Of a DNA stretch of 34,882 bases, positions 8,927 through 17,473 are shown piece after piece. Each line of letters begins with the position of its first letter. Position 1 is the stretch's first letter. Source of the DNA: Clostridia bacterium (lineage in GTDB: Bacteria > Bacillota > Clostridia > Christensenellales > UBA1242); contig JAFVPU010000150.1 in assembly GCA_017505165.1 (NCBI GenBank), positions 1-34,882 on the forward strand, given 5' to 3'. The translations under genes and the position numbers were made by a program. The notes below the pieces were generated by a model, which saw only the letters and a list, made by a program, of their open reading frames with translations, searched no databases and was not told where the DNA came from.

Positions 8927-11900
8927 ATGGCATCTGTATCAGAAACAAATACAGAGACCACTCTTCAGCTATATGCAAATCCATTGCTCATTCAAGATAA
9001 ACAACTCGCTTTATTTGAAGAACATGTATTTGACGGAAAACGTGTCCTTGATGGTAATAACGTTTTCACATTTGGTCTGGAGATGGGAGCAACTCTCGCT
9101 GCTGGTATTGTGAATGAAATGGCCAACAATTTCCAAACACTTTACCCGTCGCGTGCACAGACTATGTCTGATCTCTACCGACATCTGTCGGATTATGATT
9201 ATGTTGATATGTTTTCAACACCCGCTACAACAACGATCGAGTTAATGTTCGAACGTAACTTTCTCATTGACAACGCTCCTATTGATGGAAACGAAGATGG
9301 GGCACTGAAAGTTATCATACCTGAGTTTAGTACATTTACAATCGGAAATCATATTTTCGGAATCCACTATCCAATTGAGATTAAAATCAGAAAGGCTTAT
9401 AAATCCGATGGCGTGACCGTTGATTACGATAAATGTATGTTTCATTGTATCTGGAATACAGAAACAGTCAATCCGTTATACCGATTGACAACAAACATTC
9501 TCGAGCACAGGATGTTCACAAAGAGTGGTTTGAATTTCCTCTGTATATCTATTCCTATTCAACAGTTCAAGATTGACATCAAAAAAGAAGATAGCGTCTC
9601 GAGTACTGGTTTCATAAGACGATATACGTACAGTGATCGATTCTATGCGATTCGAGTTTTTCACTACTGGAATAATCAGTGGGTTGAAATGGCTGAAACC
9701 TTGTCGGATGTGATTTACAACCCGCAGGTATTAACTGCAAAAGTTAAAGTGTTATCTGATATTCATACGGTTGAGGTTTCTATACCACAATCTTACTTCA
9801 CAGAAGGTATTGTTGGTAATAGAATCATGTGCATGCTTTACACAACAGAAGGTGCACTCGATGTTGATATCAGGAATTATAACACAAATCAATTCAGTGC
9901 ATCGTTTCTTATTGATGATACTGTCATCGACGACACATACAGTGCGTTTTTGAAACGAATTCCTATGCTTCAGGTTATTCCACTTGCGTCTAGAATCGCA
10001 AATGGTTCTAATGGAAAAACATTTGAAGATATGAAAAATCGTGTTATGAACTCTGTTGGTGGTGATGATCTTATCGTTACTCCTAAACAACTTGAAGCTC
10101 ATCTTGTTGATACAGGGTTCAAAGTATCAAGATATATCGACAACATCACAGATCGTATCTACATTGCATCAAAAGAGATAACAGATTCGAACAAAGATGT
10201 GGTTGGATCTGGTGAATTCATGACGACAATATCAGCAGAAATCATGAATGGAGCAGATGGAGAATACGAAACTGTAAAGAAAATCAGTGATACGGCATAT
10301 TTGATAATGCCTACATCTATTTTCAAATATGATGTCACCTCAGATTCAATGCTGTTGCTGTCCAGATATGATAAGAAAAAGATGTTTGAAGAACTCTCAA
10401 CGGAATCTCTTATCAATGAACTAAACACTGGAACATACACATTCACACCGTTCCATGTTAAATTGGAAACAAGTAACGATAAACCAACTGCTGGTACATT
10501 CGATTTGCTCAATCCAACGGTTACTGGTGTTTCATTCGTGGATGAAAACAAATACACCAGCACACAGGTATCGATGTATGGTAGTGTTCTTCTACACGAT
10601 CAAAAAGGAACAAATGGTTACAAATTGACCATTGCCTTATACAAAACAGATGATCTGAAAAGTGTTCAAGTCCAAAAAGGACTCACCAACCAACTTGCTG
10701 TTATTCTAAGAACAAACAGCATCGATGGTACACCGATCTACATGCGTGGAAAATATATTGGTGTTAATTCAGATGGACGAGATCTTGTTGAATTTCATAT
10801 AACAACTAACTACAAGATCACAAGCAAAGATGATATCGATACAACATCATTTACTTTGTTAAATGATCTCGCTATCGAACCAAATACAAATTACGTAAAT
10901 CTTACTCAAGATTATGAATTGTTGTTCTTCGCTAGTTCATCTCTTGATTCATTCAAAGGTAATACCGATGCAGTGACCGAAAGCAATGCTCAGTCAGACA
11001 TTCCTCGAGAAATTCGAGCAGAAAACATGGTCTGGCTTGCAACACAGAAGATGACAGTAAAACTTGGTGAAGCTATTTCTAGTGTTCGTAATAACGTGTT
11101 TATGACACTCACAGGTAAGACTTATAAGACATACAACACGACTGAATTTGCAACATATGCTGCTGATGTCTACATGCGTTATGAGAATGATATCACAAAT
11201 GAGGATGGAGTAATCATACATAATGCAGGAGAACTCATTGTTGATGAAACAACTAACAAATTGATTATCAGAAAACACGCAGGCGATCTGATCATTACTT
11301 CATCGGATTCAAATATTCTTGGTGCTAGAAATCCTTCGTGTAAGATATCATCTGTAAGAACAGACACAAGCGGCAACAACATCAGTTCAACCGAAATGTT
11401 GTTTCTTGATTCAGATCACTTATCCAAAATAGCAGAACCATCAAACAATTGGTATCCTGCTAGAACATTCAAAGATACGGATGAAAAATGGAAAGTTATC
11501 TATACAGGTGCAACCGATAGAGCATGTGTTATCGAATCAAAAGATCTCCTTAAATACATGATCGATACTGTAAGAGAAAACAATGTCGATCTAATTGTCG
11601 GTTTTCCTAATGATAAGAAGAGAACTACTCGTTTAAACACCATGACAAACAAGTATGAGCTCGGAAATCCAATTCCTGGAAGTTTCATATACGTTAATAA
11701 TGTGATGTCTGATACGAGTATTCCCAGATACTGGGTGTACAAAAACACAGATGGTGTGTATGTTCTAGATAAAGTCAACAAACGAGATATCTGTATCCAA
11801 CTAGCAAATGCTTCAGCTGAATCAGATGATGACAAAACGGCCACATGCGGTGCGTTATATTGGAGAGATCCTGAATACTCAGAATTCGACTACACTCCGT

Positions 11901-13546
11901 ATATAACAGAAGCAGATCTGTGCGATATGTTCAATCGTATAACCGCACTTGAAGAATCTGGTGAAACCTCGTTTGATTACTTGATGACAGAATATAATCT
12001 GGACAGGGTTGTATTCAACAATATCTTACGTTTCAGGGATCCTTGGATAAAGATCATTGAAGCTAAAGGTGATACCAAAAACAATACGTGGGATAAAGAA
12101 AACCCAGCTATTCTACCGAATGGATTAGTTGATATAATCGACTACTGGGATTCTAGATCCTATATGAACTTCGACAGCACTCTCAGTATCAAAACTCAAG
12201 GAGTTGGTATTGCAACTTCTGTTACTGGTCTGGAAGCATTAGCTTACCTTCAAGAACGTTCTACGAACAAGAATACCATAAAAGAATTTGCAACAATCGC
12301 AGATGCTACAGAATATCTTAAGACTGAATCTGAATACAGAATGGTTTGGATCGACAATTATGTAGCAACCGATGATTCTAATGCTGTTTCAACTGTTCCA
12401 TTGGTTAATGATCTTGATATCAACGAAGCAGAAGGAGAGCATACTGGTGCATTATTGTGGTGTACACACCTTGGTGATGAAAAACACCACATCGTCGTCA
12501 AAGGACCATCACTGATCAAATGCTACAATTCCATTATGAATTGTAAGACATCGTCCGGTTATATATACGAATTGAAAGTTTACGATGCATCAAATATTCG
12601 TACGTATAATTACGAAGACACAACTTTCAAACTTGTAAACAATATATCAGAAACAACGGAACTGGAAGCATATCAAAAATTCAATGCTATACTAGATGAA
12701 CTTCCTGTAAGGGAAACGTATGTTTCTATTGTTTCAGAAGAGTTAGCTTTCTTGGATGTGATTTGGACAAATAACTGGCCATGGGAGATGGATAATTGGT
12801 TTGTTAACGAACATACCACAACATCTTACATTGGTAAATCTATCGAAGCTATCGGAATGTCAATATCTCTTGATAAAGACAACAAGGATGCGAAGATTCT
12901 TCATTACAACGGAGATATCATACTTGATGAATATGGTTCACCTGCTCCAGAACAAGATGATGTGAGAAACGCTATCTACCACGTATCAATGACTCATTGT
13001 GATTACAAACTCACACAGAGTAATGATGTTGAATACAAAATGTTCCGAGAAGACATTGAACAACTTCTTAGAGGGTATTTTGATCTTCTTGAGTCAACTC
13101 GTCCTTTATTGCTCGAACGAACAAACCTGTATTATACCCCTATCAAATCAATGGGGTATGGTCAGTTTAAAGGAGCAAATGGAGAGATCATGACACTTCC
13201 TCTTGAAGTTACAATTAATCTCCGTATTCACATTGCACCATCAACAGCAGGATCGACTGATTCAAAAGATCTTATTAAATCAAATATCATTCAACTCATT
13301 GAAAAACACATGTCGTCTGGTAATATCAGTTGCACTATCCTTGCAGAACAGATTCGTCAAGCAATGAGCGATAGTGTTCTGTATGTGGACGTACTTGGTA
13401 TCAATGGAGATCACAATATCCAAACATTGGTAAGTGCAGATCCGAGTCAGTCATCTGTTAGACTTAGATCTATACTTGTTGTACGAGAAGATAATACAAT
13501 TGGTGTTGAAAAAGACGTCAACATTGAGTGGTCGATCATGCAATAA
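8927..13546 (+). CDS. phiKZ gp87-like virion protein (baseplate wedge-like), enlarged
   Basis: YANPLLIQ..., LYPSRAQTMSDLYRHLSDYDY, YTTEG, GSNGKTFED, IDNITDRIY and LLERTNLYYTP motifs; 1539 aa. Confidence 0.7.
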   Translation: MASVSETNTETTLQLYANPLLIQDKQLALFEEHVFDGKRVLDGNNVFTFGLEMGATLAAGIVNEMANNFQTLYPSRAQTMSDLYRHLSDYDYVDMFSTPATTTIELMFERNFLIDNAPIDGNEDGALKVIIPEFSTFTIGNHIFGIHYPIEIKIRKAYKSDGVTVDYDKCMFHCIWNTETVNPLYRLTTNILEHRMFTKSGLNFLCISIPIQQFKIDIKKEDSVSSTGFIRRYTYSDRFYAIRVFHYWNNQWVEMAETLSDVIYNPQVLTAKVKVLSDIHTVEVSIPQSYFTEGIVGNRIMCMLYTTEGALDVDIRNYNTNQFSASFLIDDTVIDDTYSAFLKRIPMLQVIPLASRIANGSNGKTFEDMKNRVMNSVGGDDLIVTPKQLEAHLVDTGFKVSRYIDNITDRIYIASKEITDSNKDVVGSGEFMTTISAEIMNGADGEYETVKKISDTAYLIMPTSIFKYDVTSDSMLLLSRYDKKKMFEELSTESLINELNTGTYTFTPFHVKLETSNDKPTAGTFDLLNPTVTGVSFVDENKYTSTQVSMYGSVLLHDQKGTNGYKLTIALYKTDDLKSVQVQKGLTNQLAVILRTNSIDGTPIYMRGKYIGVNSDGRDLVEFHITTNYKITSKDDIDTTSFTLLNDLAIEPNTNYVNLTQDYELLFFASSSLDSFKGNTDAVTESNAQSDIPREIRAENMVWLATQKMTVKLGEAISSVRNNVFMTLTGKTYKTYNTTEFATYAADVYMRYENDITNEDGVIIHNAGELIVDETTNKLIIRKHAGDLIITSSDSNILGARNPSCKISSVRTDTSGNNISSTEMLFLDSDHLSKIAEPSNNWYPARTFKDTDEKWKVIYTGATDRACVIESKDLLKYMIDTVRENNVDLIVGFPNDKKRTTRLNTMTNKYELGNPIPGSFIYVNNVMSDTSIPRYWVYKNTDGVYVLDKVNKRDICIQLANASAESDDDKTATCGALYWRDPEYSEFDYTPYITEADLCDMFNRITALEESGETSFDYLMTEYNLDRVVFNNILRFRDPWIKIIEAKGDTKNNTWDKENPAILPNGLVDIIDYWDSRSYMNFDSTLSIKTQGVGIATSVTGLEALAYLQERSTNKNTIKEFATIADATEYLKTESEYRMVWIDNYVATDDSNAVSTVPLVNDLDINEAEGEHTGALLWCTHLGDEKHHIVVKGPSLIKCYNSIMNCKTSSGYIYELKVYDASNIRTYNYEDTTFKLVNNISETTELEAYQKFNAILDELPVRETYVSIVSEELAFLDVIWTNNWPWEMDNWFVNEHTTTSYIGKSIEAIGMSISLDKDNKDAKILHYNGDIILDEYGSPAPEQDDVRNAIYHVSMTHCDYKLTQSNDVEYKMFREDIEQLLRGYFDLLESTRPLLLERTNLYYTPIKSMGYGQFKGANGEIMTLPLEVTINLRIHIAPSTAGSTDSKDLIKSNIIQLIEKHMSSGNISCTILAEQIRQAMSDSVLYVDVLGINGDHNIQTLVSADPSQSSVRLRSILVVREDNTIGVEKDVNIEWSIMQ

Positions 13547-13554
13547 TTGTTAAT

Positions 13555-13590
13555 AGTAGAGTAGTGCACATAAACGTGCACTACTCTACT
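13555..13590. terminator. Bidirectional hairpin between convergent genes
   Basis: 15-bp stem AGTAGAGTAGTGCAC/GTGCACTACTCTACT. Confidence 0.75.
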
Positions 13591-13598
13591 CGATTGTC

Positions 13599-13991
13599 TT
13601 ATTCTTCTTTTTTAATCTCTTCTGATTCACTTTGTTGTGTACAAGGAAGAGGAACTGCCATCATGAAAATTGATGGGGCAAGATGGATTTTCTTATTAGA
13701 TGGAATTGATTCAATTTCAGACCCAACATGTTCAGAAATACGATTACCAAGATCTTCTGCTTCTTGATATTTTCCATCAACAAGTTTTAACCCATCATCA
13801 ACTCGCTGAACGAGTCCTTTATCTGTTAAATAAGCTTCAACGTTTTCATCTTTACAAGAAGTTGTATGATCTTCTTTAATTGTCAACTCAGTTAGAGCAT
13901 ATAGAAGCTGACCAGCCTCACACTTATGTTTGTCATCTTTCCACACAAAACGTTGTAGAACGATGTTTTCTTTTTCGATATCTCCACTCAT
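13599..13991 (-). CDS. Hypothetical protein
   Basis: 130 aa, GGAG RBS, co-oriented with the dUTPase-like gene. Confidence 0.7.
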   Translation of the reverse strand: MSGDIEKENIVLQRFVWKDDKHKCEAGQLLYALTELTIKEDHTTSCKDENVEAYLTDKGLVQRVDDGLKLVDGKYQEAEDLGNRISEHVGSEIESIPSNKKIHLAPSIFMMAVPLPCTQQSESEEIKKEE

Positions 13992-14008
13992 TTTAATATT
14001 TCTCCAAG

Positions 14009-14542
14009 TTAAAGATCCTCTTCTATCACTAGTTTAAGTGTAGAAATAGGAGTTGTGGTGAAGTACAATTCTGCTATTTCATCACCAGGTTGTGCTGTAA
14101 ACATTTTCTTTCCAATATTTTGGATGAACACATCCAGTTCTCTGCCATTTACCATATCAGCAGATATTACTCTCGGTCCGAGAACTACAAGACCATCATT
14201 AACTACACGTTCAAAGATAGAATCAATGTGCCCGTGTAAAATAGTTCGTGGGAACACCGATGCTGTCATTCCTTGTGGTATTCCTTTACAAGGTGATACA
14301 TCAATGTATTTAGGGAATGTAAATTTAATTCCCATCTTCAACAATATCGTTTTTCCAATATCCAATGAGAATCCAATAGGAGTTCTCAATCTGAACATAC
14401 CATCATCAACTTGACGAGGAACCAGGATAGGACCTCCATGGTTGATAATTTCATATGGAATAGATAACTGTGGAATATATAACAGTTCTTGTGACGGCAT
14501 TGCTGAAGGTGTAATCATTGTGTCAGATTTTCGTTTTACCAT
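14009..14542 (-). CDS. Trimeric dUTPase-fold protein, probably catalytically degenerate
   Basis: KTILLKMGIKFTFP and GPRVISADMVNGRELDVFIQN...FTAQPGDEIAELYF follow the spacing of the dUTPase motifs; AGGAGGT RBS. Confidence 0.65.
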   Translation of the reverse strand: MVKRKSDTMITPSAMPSQELLYIPQLSIPYEIINHGGPILVPRQVDDGMFRLRTPIGFSLDIGKTILLKMGIKFTFPKYIDVSPCKGIPQGMTASVFPRTILHGHIDSIFERVVNDGLVVLGPRVISADMVNGRELDVFIQNIGKKMFTAQPGDEIAELYFTTTPISTLKLVIEEDL

Positions 14543-14582
14543 ATATGGTTACCTCCTTCTCATAAAGTGCTTATATAGCGCA

Positions 14583-14621
14583 AAGAAAAAAAGAAACACA
14601 CTGTTACATGTGTTTCTTTTT
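14583..14621 (-). terminator. Intrinsic terminator
   Basis: AAAAAGAAACACA/TGTGTTTCTTTTT stem with a minus-strand T-tract just after the 14631 stop. Confidence 0.7.
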
Positions 14622-14630
14622 GACGCTCCA

Positions 14631-15032
14631 TTAGAGCTGGGCGTCTTCGGCTCCGGCTTTGCAGTTGCACTTGTGTTCGGCAGCTTTTGCTTCAGCCTCG
14701 TACTTTTTGGTACGCGCTTCGCATTCTTGGGTCTGTGCTTCATACAGACCTTTGCGAGCGTCGGAAACCTCAGACTCCTTCTCGATCAGTTTCACACCAC
14801 TCGGTGCGAATTCGTCGAGAATGCGCAGGAACAGTTTCATGCAGGCATCCGTTTCAACCCGCACTTTCTCATCGGTGAACTCGGCGTGGGCATGCGCCCG
14901 GAATCCCTTGAAGGTGATACCCTTGTAAGAGAACTCTTCAATGCAGATTTCAGCGCATCCGACATTTACCTCTTTCTTGGGCATGTTGATGTTGAGGTTG
15001 GCAGCATTGTGACGATCGTTCTTGTTGTTCAT
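14631..15032 (-). CDS. Hypothetical early protein with C-terminal coiled coil
   Basis: Own early promoter, AAGGAG RBS and terminator; visibly more GC-rich than its neighbours. Confidence 0.7.
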   Translation of the reverse strand: MNNKNDRHNAANLNINMPKKEVNVGCAEICIEEFSYKGITFKGFRAHAHAEFTDEKVRVETDACMKLFLRILDEFAPSGVKLIEKESEVSDARKGLYEAQTQECEARTKKYEAEAKAAEHKCNCKAGAEDAQL

Positions 15033-15089
15033 AATCCCATTCTCCTTATGTTTAGGGGTTAATATTGAACTAAGTTTATAATCCTAAGA

Positions 15090-15105
15090 TCACAGTTGTA
15101 ATATA
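15090..15105 (-). promoter_or_regulatory. Early phage promoter TATATTAC-N5-TGA
   Basis: TATATTAC AACTG TGATCTT. Confidence 0.75.
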
Positions 15106-15142
15106 TACGTATAAAAACTTGAACTGCACTTATAACAATATG

Positions 15143-15152
15143 CCATGCTATA
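15143..15152 (+). promoter_or_regulatory. Putative late promoter (CCATGCTATA)
   Basis: Motif copy about 33 nt before the ATG at 15186. Confidence 0.55.
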
Positions 15153-15185
15153 ACACTAATGGTCACATTATCTATAGGAGGTATT

Positions 15186-15620
15186 ATGTGGGCTAGATTT
15201 ATCAACATCATGAAGTATGTGTGGAAGAATCCGATTGTACAGTTTGCATGCTTCACAATTCTCGAGTGGGCGGTTGTTGTTTTCCATAAATCAACCAAAA
15301 ACAAATTCAAGAAAAAATCCATCGAAACTATAACTGATGCGTGTTCTCAAGATTACTCTGTTGGTACCAACGAAGATACTCCAGAAATTGAACCTGAAGA
15401 GAAATCAGAAACTATTACTGAAGTTGTAGTTGAAAAACCAAAACGCACACGCAAAGCTTCTAAGAAGAAAGTCGTTGAAAAGGTTGAAGAACCTAAACCT
15501 GCTAAACCAAAACGTGTGACAAGAAAAAAGAAAACAACTGAACCCACAGAAACTAAACCAGTGGTAAAGAAACCTCGTACTCGTAAAAAGAAGGTTGAAG
15601 CTACTGAAGAAAAAAAGTAA
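15186..15620 (+). CDS. Lys-rich protein with hydrophobic N-terminus and H1-like basic repeats
   Basis: AGGAGGT RBS favours the ATG at 15186 over 15159; repeats KPKRTRK, KPKRVTRKKK and KPRTRKKK. Confidence 0.75.
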   Translation: MWARFINIMKYVWKNPIVQFACFTILEWAVVVFHKSTKNKFKKKSIETITDACSQDYSVGTNEDTPEIEPEEKSETITEVVVEKPKRTRKASKKKVVEKVEEPKPAKPKRVTRKKKTTEPTETKPVVKKPRTRKKKVEATEEKK

Positions 15621-15644
15621 TCAATTCGCGTTGCTGATTAAGAT

Positions 15645-15678
15645 AAGAGATATGGGAACCGAGGTTCCCATATCTCTT
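15645..15678. terminator. Bidirectional hairpin between convergent genes
   Basis: 16-bp inverted repeat AAGAGATATGGGAACC/GGTTCCCATATCTCTT. Confidence 0.8.
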
Positions 15679-15686
15679 TCTATTCT

Positions 15687-16112
15687 TTACAGATATCTCT
15701 GGATTTCTTTCCAGTACTTATCTGTAGACGCTTTCTTGAATCCATTCGGTCCCCCATTATGGATCCGAGCAAGAACTTCATTTGTCACCTTCTTTCCGGT
15801 GAGCCGTTCGTATCTTTTACCATAGTAAGTCAGATACTTACGAACTATTTCTCTTGAAGTTTTTGCGTTCCATCTGTCGGATGATTTGTATGTTGTTTTT
15901 GCAAACCGATTTACATCCTCGATATAGACGTCCCATAACTGGTATGCACCAATTGCCATGTACTTACCTTTTCTTTTGTCTCCCTTGGCATTGGGATTGT
16001 TTTTCGATTCTTGCATGGCGATGGCGTCAAGCAATTTTTCTGAAACCATTTCATTGGCGAACCCACAAACAGTGATGAGTGCGACGACGAGAGTTAAAAT
16101 TGTTTTCTTCAT
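15687..16112 (-). CDS. Secreted lysozyme-like muramidase (i-type/destabilase or SLT-like)
   Basis: Signal-peptide-like MKKTILTLVVALITVCGFA; AIAMQES (catalytic Glu), GAYQL and LARIHNGGPNG motifs; AAAGGA RBS favours the ATG at 16112. Confidence 0.85.
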   Translation of the reverse strand: MKKTILTLVVALITVCGFANEMVSEKLLDAIAMQESKNNPNAKGDKRKGKYMAIGAYQLWDVYIEDVNRFAKTTYKSSDRWNAKTSREIVRKYLTYYGKRYERLTGKKVTNEVLARIHNGGPNGFKKASTDKYWKEIQRYL

Positions 16113-16149
16113 TTTTCTTTTTCCTTTCAATTGTTAATTGTTTGTTATT

Positions 16150-16248
16150 GTGATCTCTGATTAATCTAAACAAAGTTGCTTCAGCCTACTCTGTGATGCG
16201 CGAACATCACAGAGTAGGCTTATTTTGTTACTTAGATTCAGAGATCAC
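16150..16248 (-). promoter_or_regulatory. 99-nt rod-like hairpin 5' leader
   Basis: Nested inverted repeats 16150-16160/16238-16248, 16163-16169/16232-16238, 16170-16174/16224-16228 and 16183-16198/16205-16220. Confidence 0.7.
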
Positions 16249-16260
16249 GCAAGTAATATA
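16245..16260 (-). promoter_or_regulatory. Early phage promoter TATATTAC-N5-TGA
   Basis: TATATTAC TTGCG TGATCTC. Confidence 0.75.
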
Positions 16261-16278
16261 TAGACGTTTTATTTTGAA

Positions 16279-17142
16279 CTACACAATCGTGTCGGTTCTT
16301 TTATCAGTCTTAATATGAATCACACCAGATCCTTTGCCAGTATAAACATTGGTAAATTCAATATCAAAGTATTCTTCAACAAGAGAAAGGAATGCTCTTG
16401 GAACAGAAAATATCACTTTTCCATTTGGACACGATTTGGTAGTTATGATGTTAAACTGAAACAATAACGTTTCAGGAATGTTCTGACATTCTTCCAAAAG
16501 AATCTTTAAGAATCGTTTAACAGACACTTTACCTTTAACATTTCTCATGTGCTCAGTAAAATACCAATAACCTCTATCAGCGCCTTTCTGAAGAGTATAG
16601 TTTCGAAGAATGTACAGTGGACGACAACTTTGTGCTGTCATTTTGATAATGTCTTTCATAGCAGAAATAACAACTCTATCCGTAGAGTCGTGAACTTCGT
16701 CAAATATGAGATATGGAAGAGTTTTTCGTTTGATTCCATTTGTTCTGGCATTTCGAACTCTTTCAATCATGTGATCTCCAAACCAAGAATTCAATCCAGA
16801 CCACAAATATGGATAATCACGATCCTGCATTAAATGTTCAACATCATCATCTGACAACTCAGGTGATATAACTGAAACAAGTTCTCGTGTTTCAAAACCA
16901 AACAAAGCACAAAAATACAATCGATCCAATATAGACGTATTTTCAAGATCAAGTGCACTTAAATCTGCAAGAAGAATATTTTTAAGAACTTCTCGTAATA
17001 GAGTTACTGTCGTTCCTCTATTGTGTAATGTAAAAAAGTCTGCATAAACTTTTCTTCCACTGTATGTTTCAATAAGTTTTCTTTCATTTGAAAACTCTTC
17101 AAAATCTTTTAAATCATCAGCTGTTGGTTTATACTCATCCAT
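16279..17142 (-). CDS. Hypothetical protein
   Basis: 287 aa with AAGGAG RBS; family not recognised. Confidence 0.75.
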   Translation of the reverse strand: MDEYKPTADDLKDFEEFSNERKLIETYSGRKVYADFFTLHNRGTTVTLLREVLKNILLADLSALDLENTSILDRLYFCALFGFETRELVSVISPELSDDDVEHLMQDRDYPYLWSGLNSWFGDHMIERVRNARTNGIKRKTLPYLIFDEVHDSTDRVVISAMKDIIKMTAQSCRPLYILRNYTLQKGADRGYWYFTEHMRNVKGKVSVKRFLKILLEECQNIPETLLFQFNIITTKSCPNGKVIFSVPRAFLSLVEEYFDIEFTNVYTGKGSGVIHIKTDKRTDTIV

Positions 17143-17162
17143 GATTACTCCTTGTCTCTATA

Positions 17163-17426
17163 TAGTAATACAATAATACCTTCTTAAAAATTCTCTTAAA
17201 TTTAGGTAAAATCGTATTACTAACAGTAGACTTTTATATGTTTTAATGTTGAAATTTTTGGTTGAATTAATTTCTAAAAAGTGCTCTACCTTCCAGTGGC
17301 TAGCTGGAAGGTAGAACGATTAAATGTTATTGCATTATTAGCAATAACGATGTTAGGAGAGCAGGCTCTATGGAATCAAACCTCAACTGATTCGATTCCA
17401 TCACTTTTGAAAAACATTCAAAAGTG
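17163..17426. repeat. Intergenic cluster of inverted repeats
   Basis: Hairpins at 17163-17222, 17285-17315, 17326-17348, 17358-17369, 17370-17401 and 17402-17426. Confidence 0.7.
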
Positions 17427-17473
17427 CATACAATATACATCGACAAAAATCTTTTAACAATGGAGATGGTAAA

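Noticed and set aside
11300-12895. Intein as explanation for the enlarged baseplate-like gene
   Set aside because: No C/S...HN-C/S/T splice junctions or LAGLIDADG motifs visible.
14442-15062. 206-aa plus-strand ORF
   Set aside because: Antisense shadow of the GC-richer 14631..15032 gene, which has the promoter, RBS and terminator.
16279-17142. LIFDEVHD as a DExH helicase motif
   Set aside because: No Walker A or other helicase motifs recognisable.
17163-17426. CRISPR array or tRNA
   Set aside because: The hairpins differ in sequence, with no repeat-spacer periodicity and no cloverleaf or T-loop consensus.
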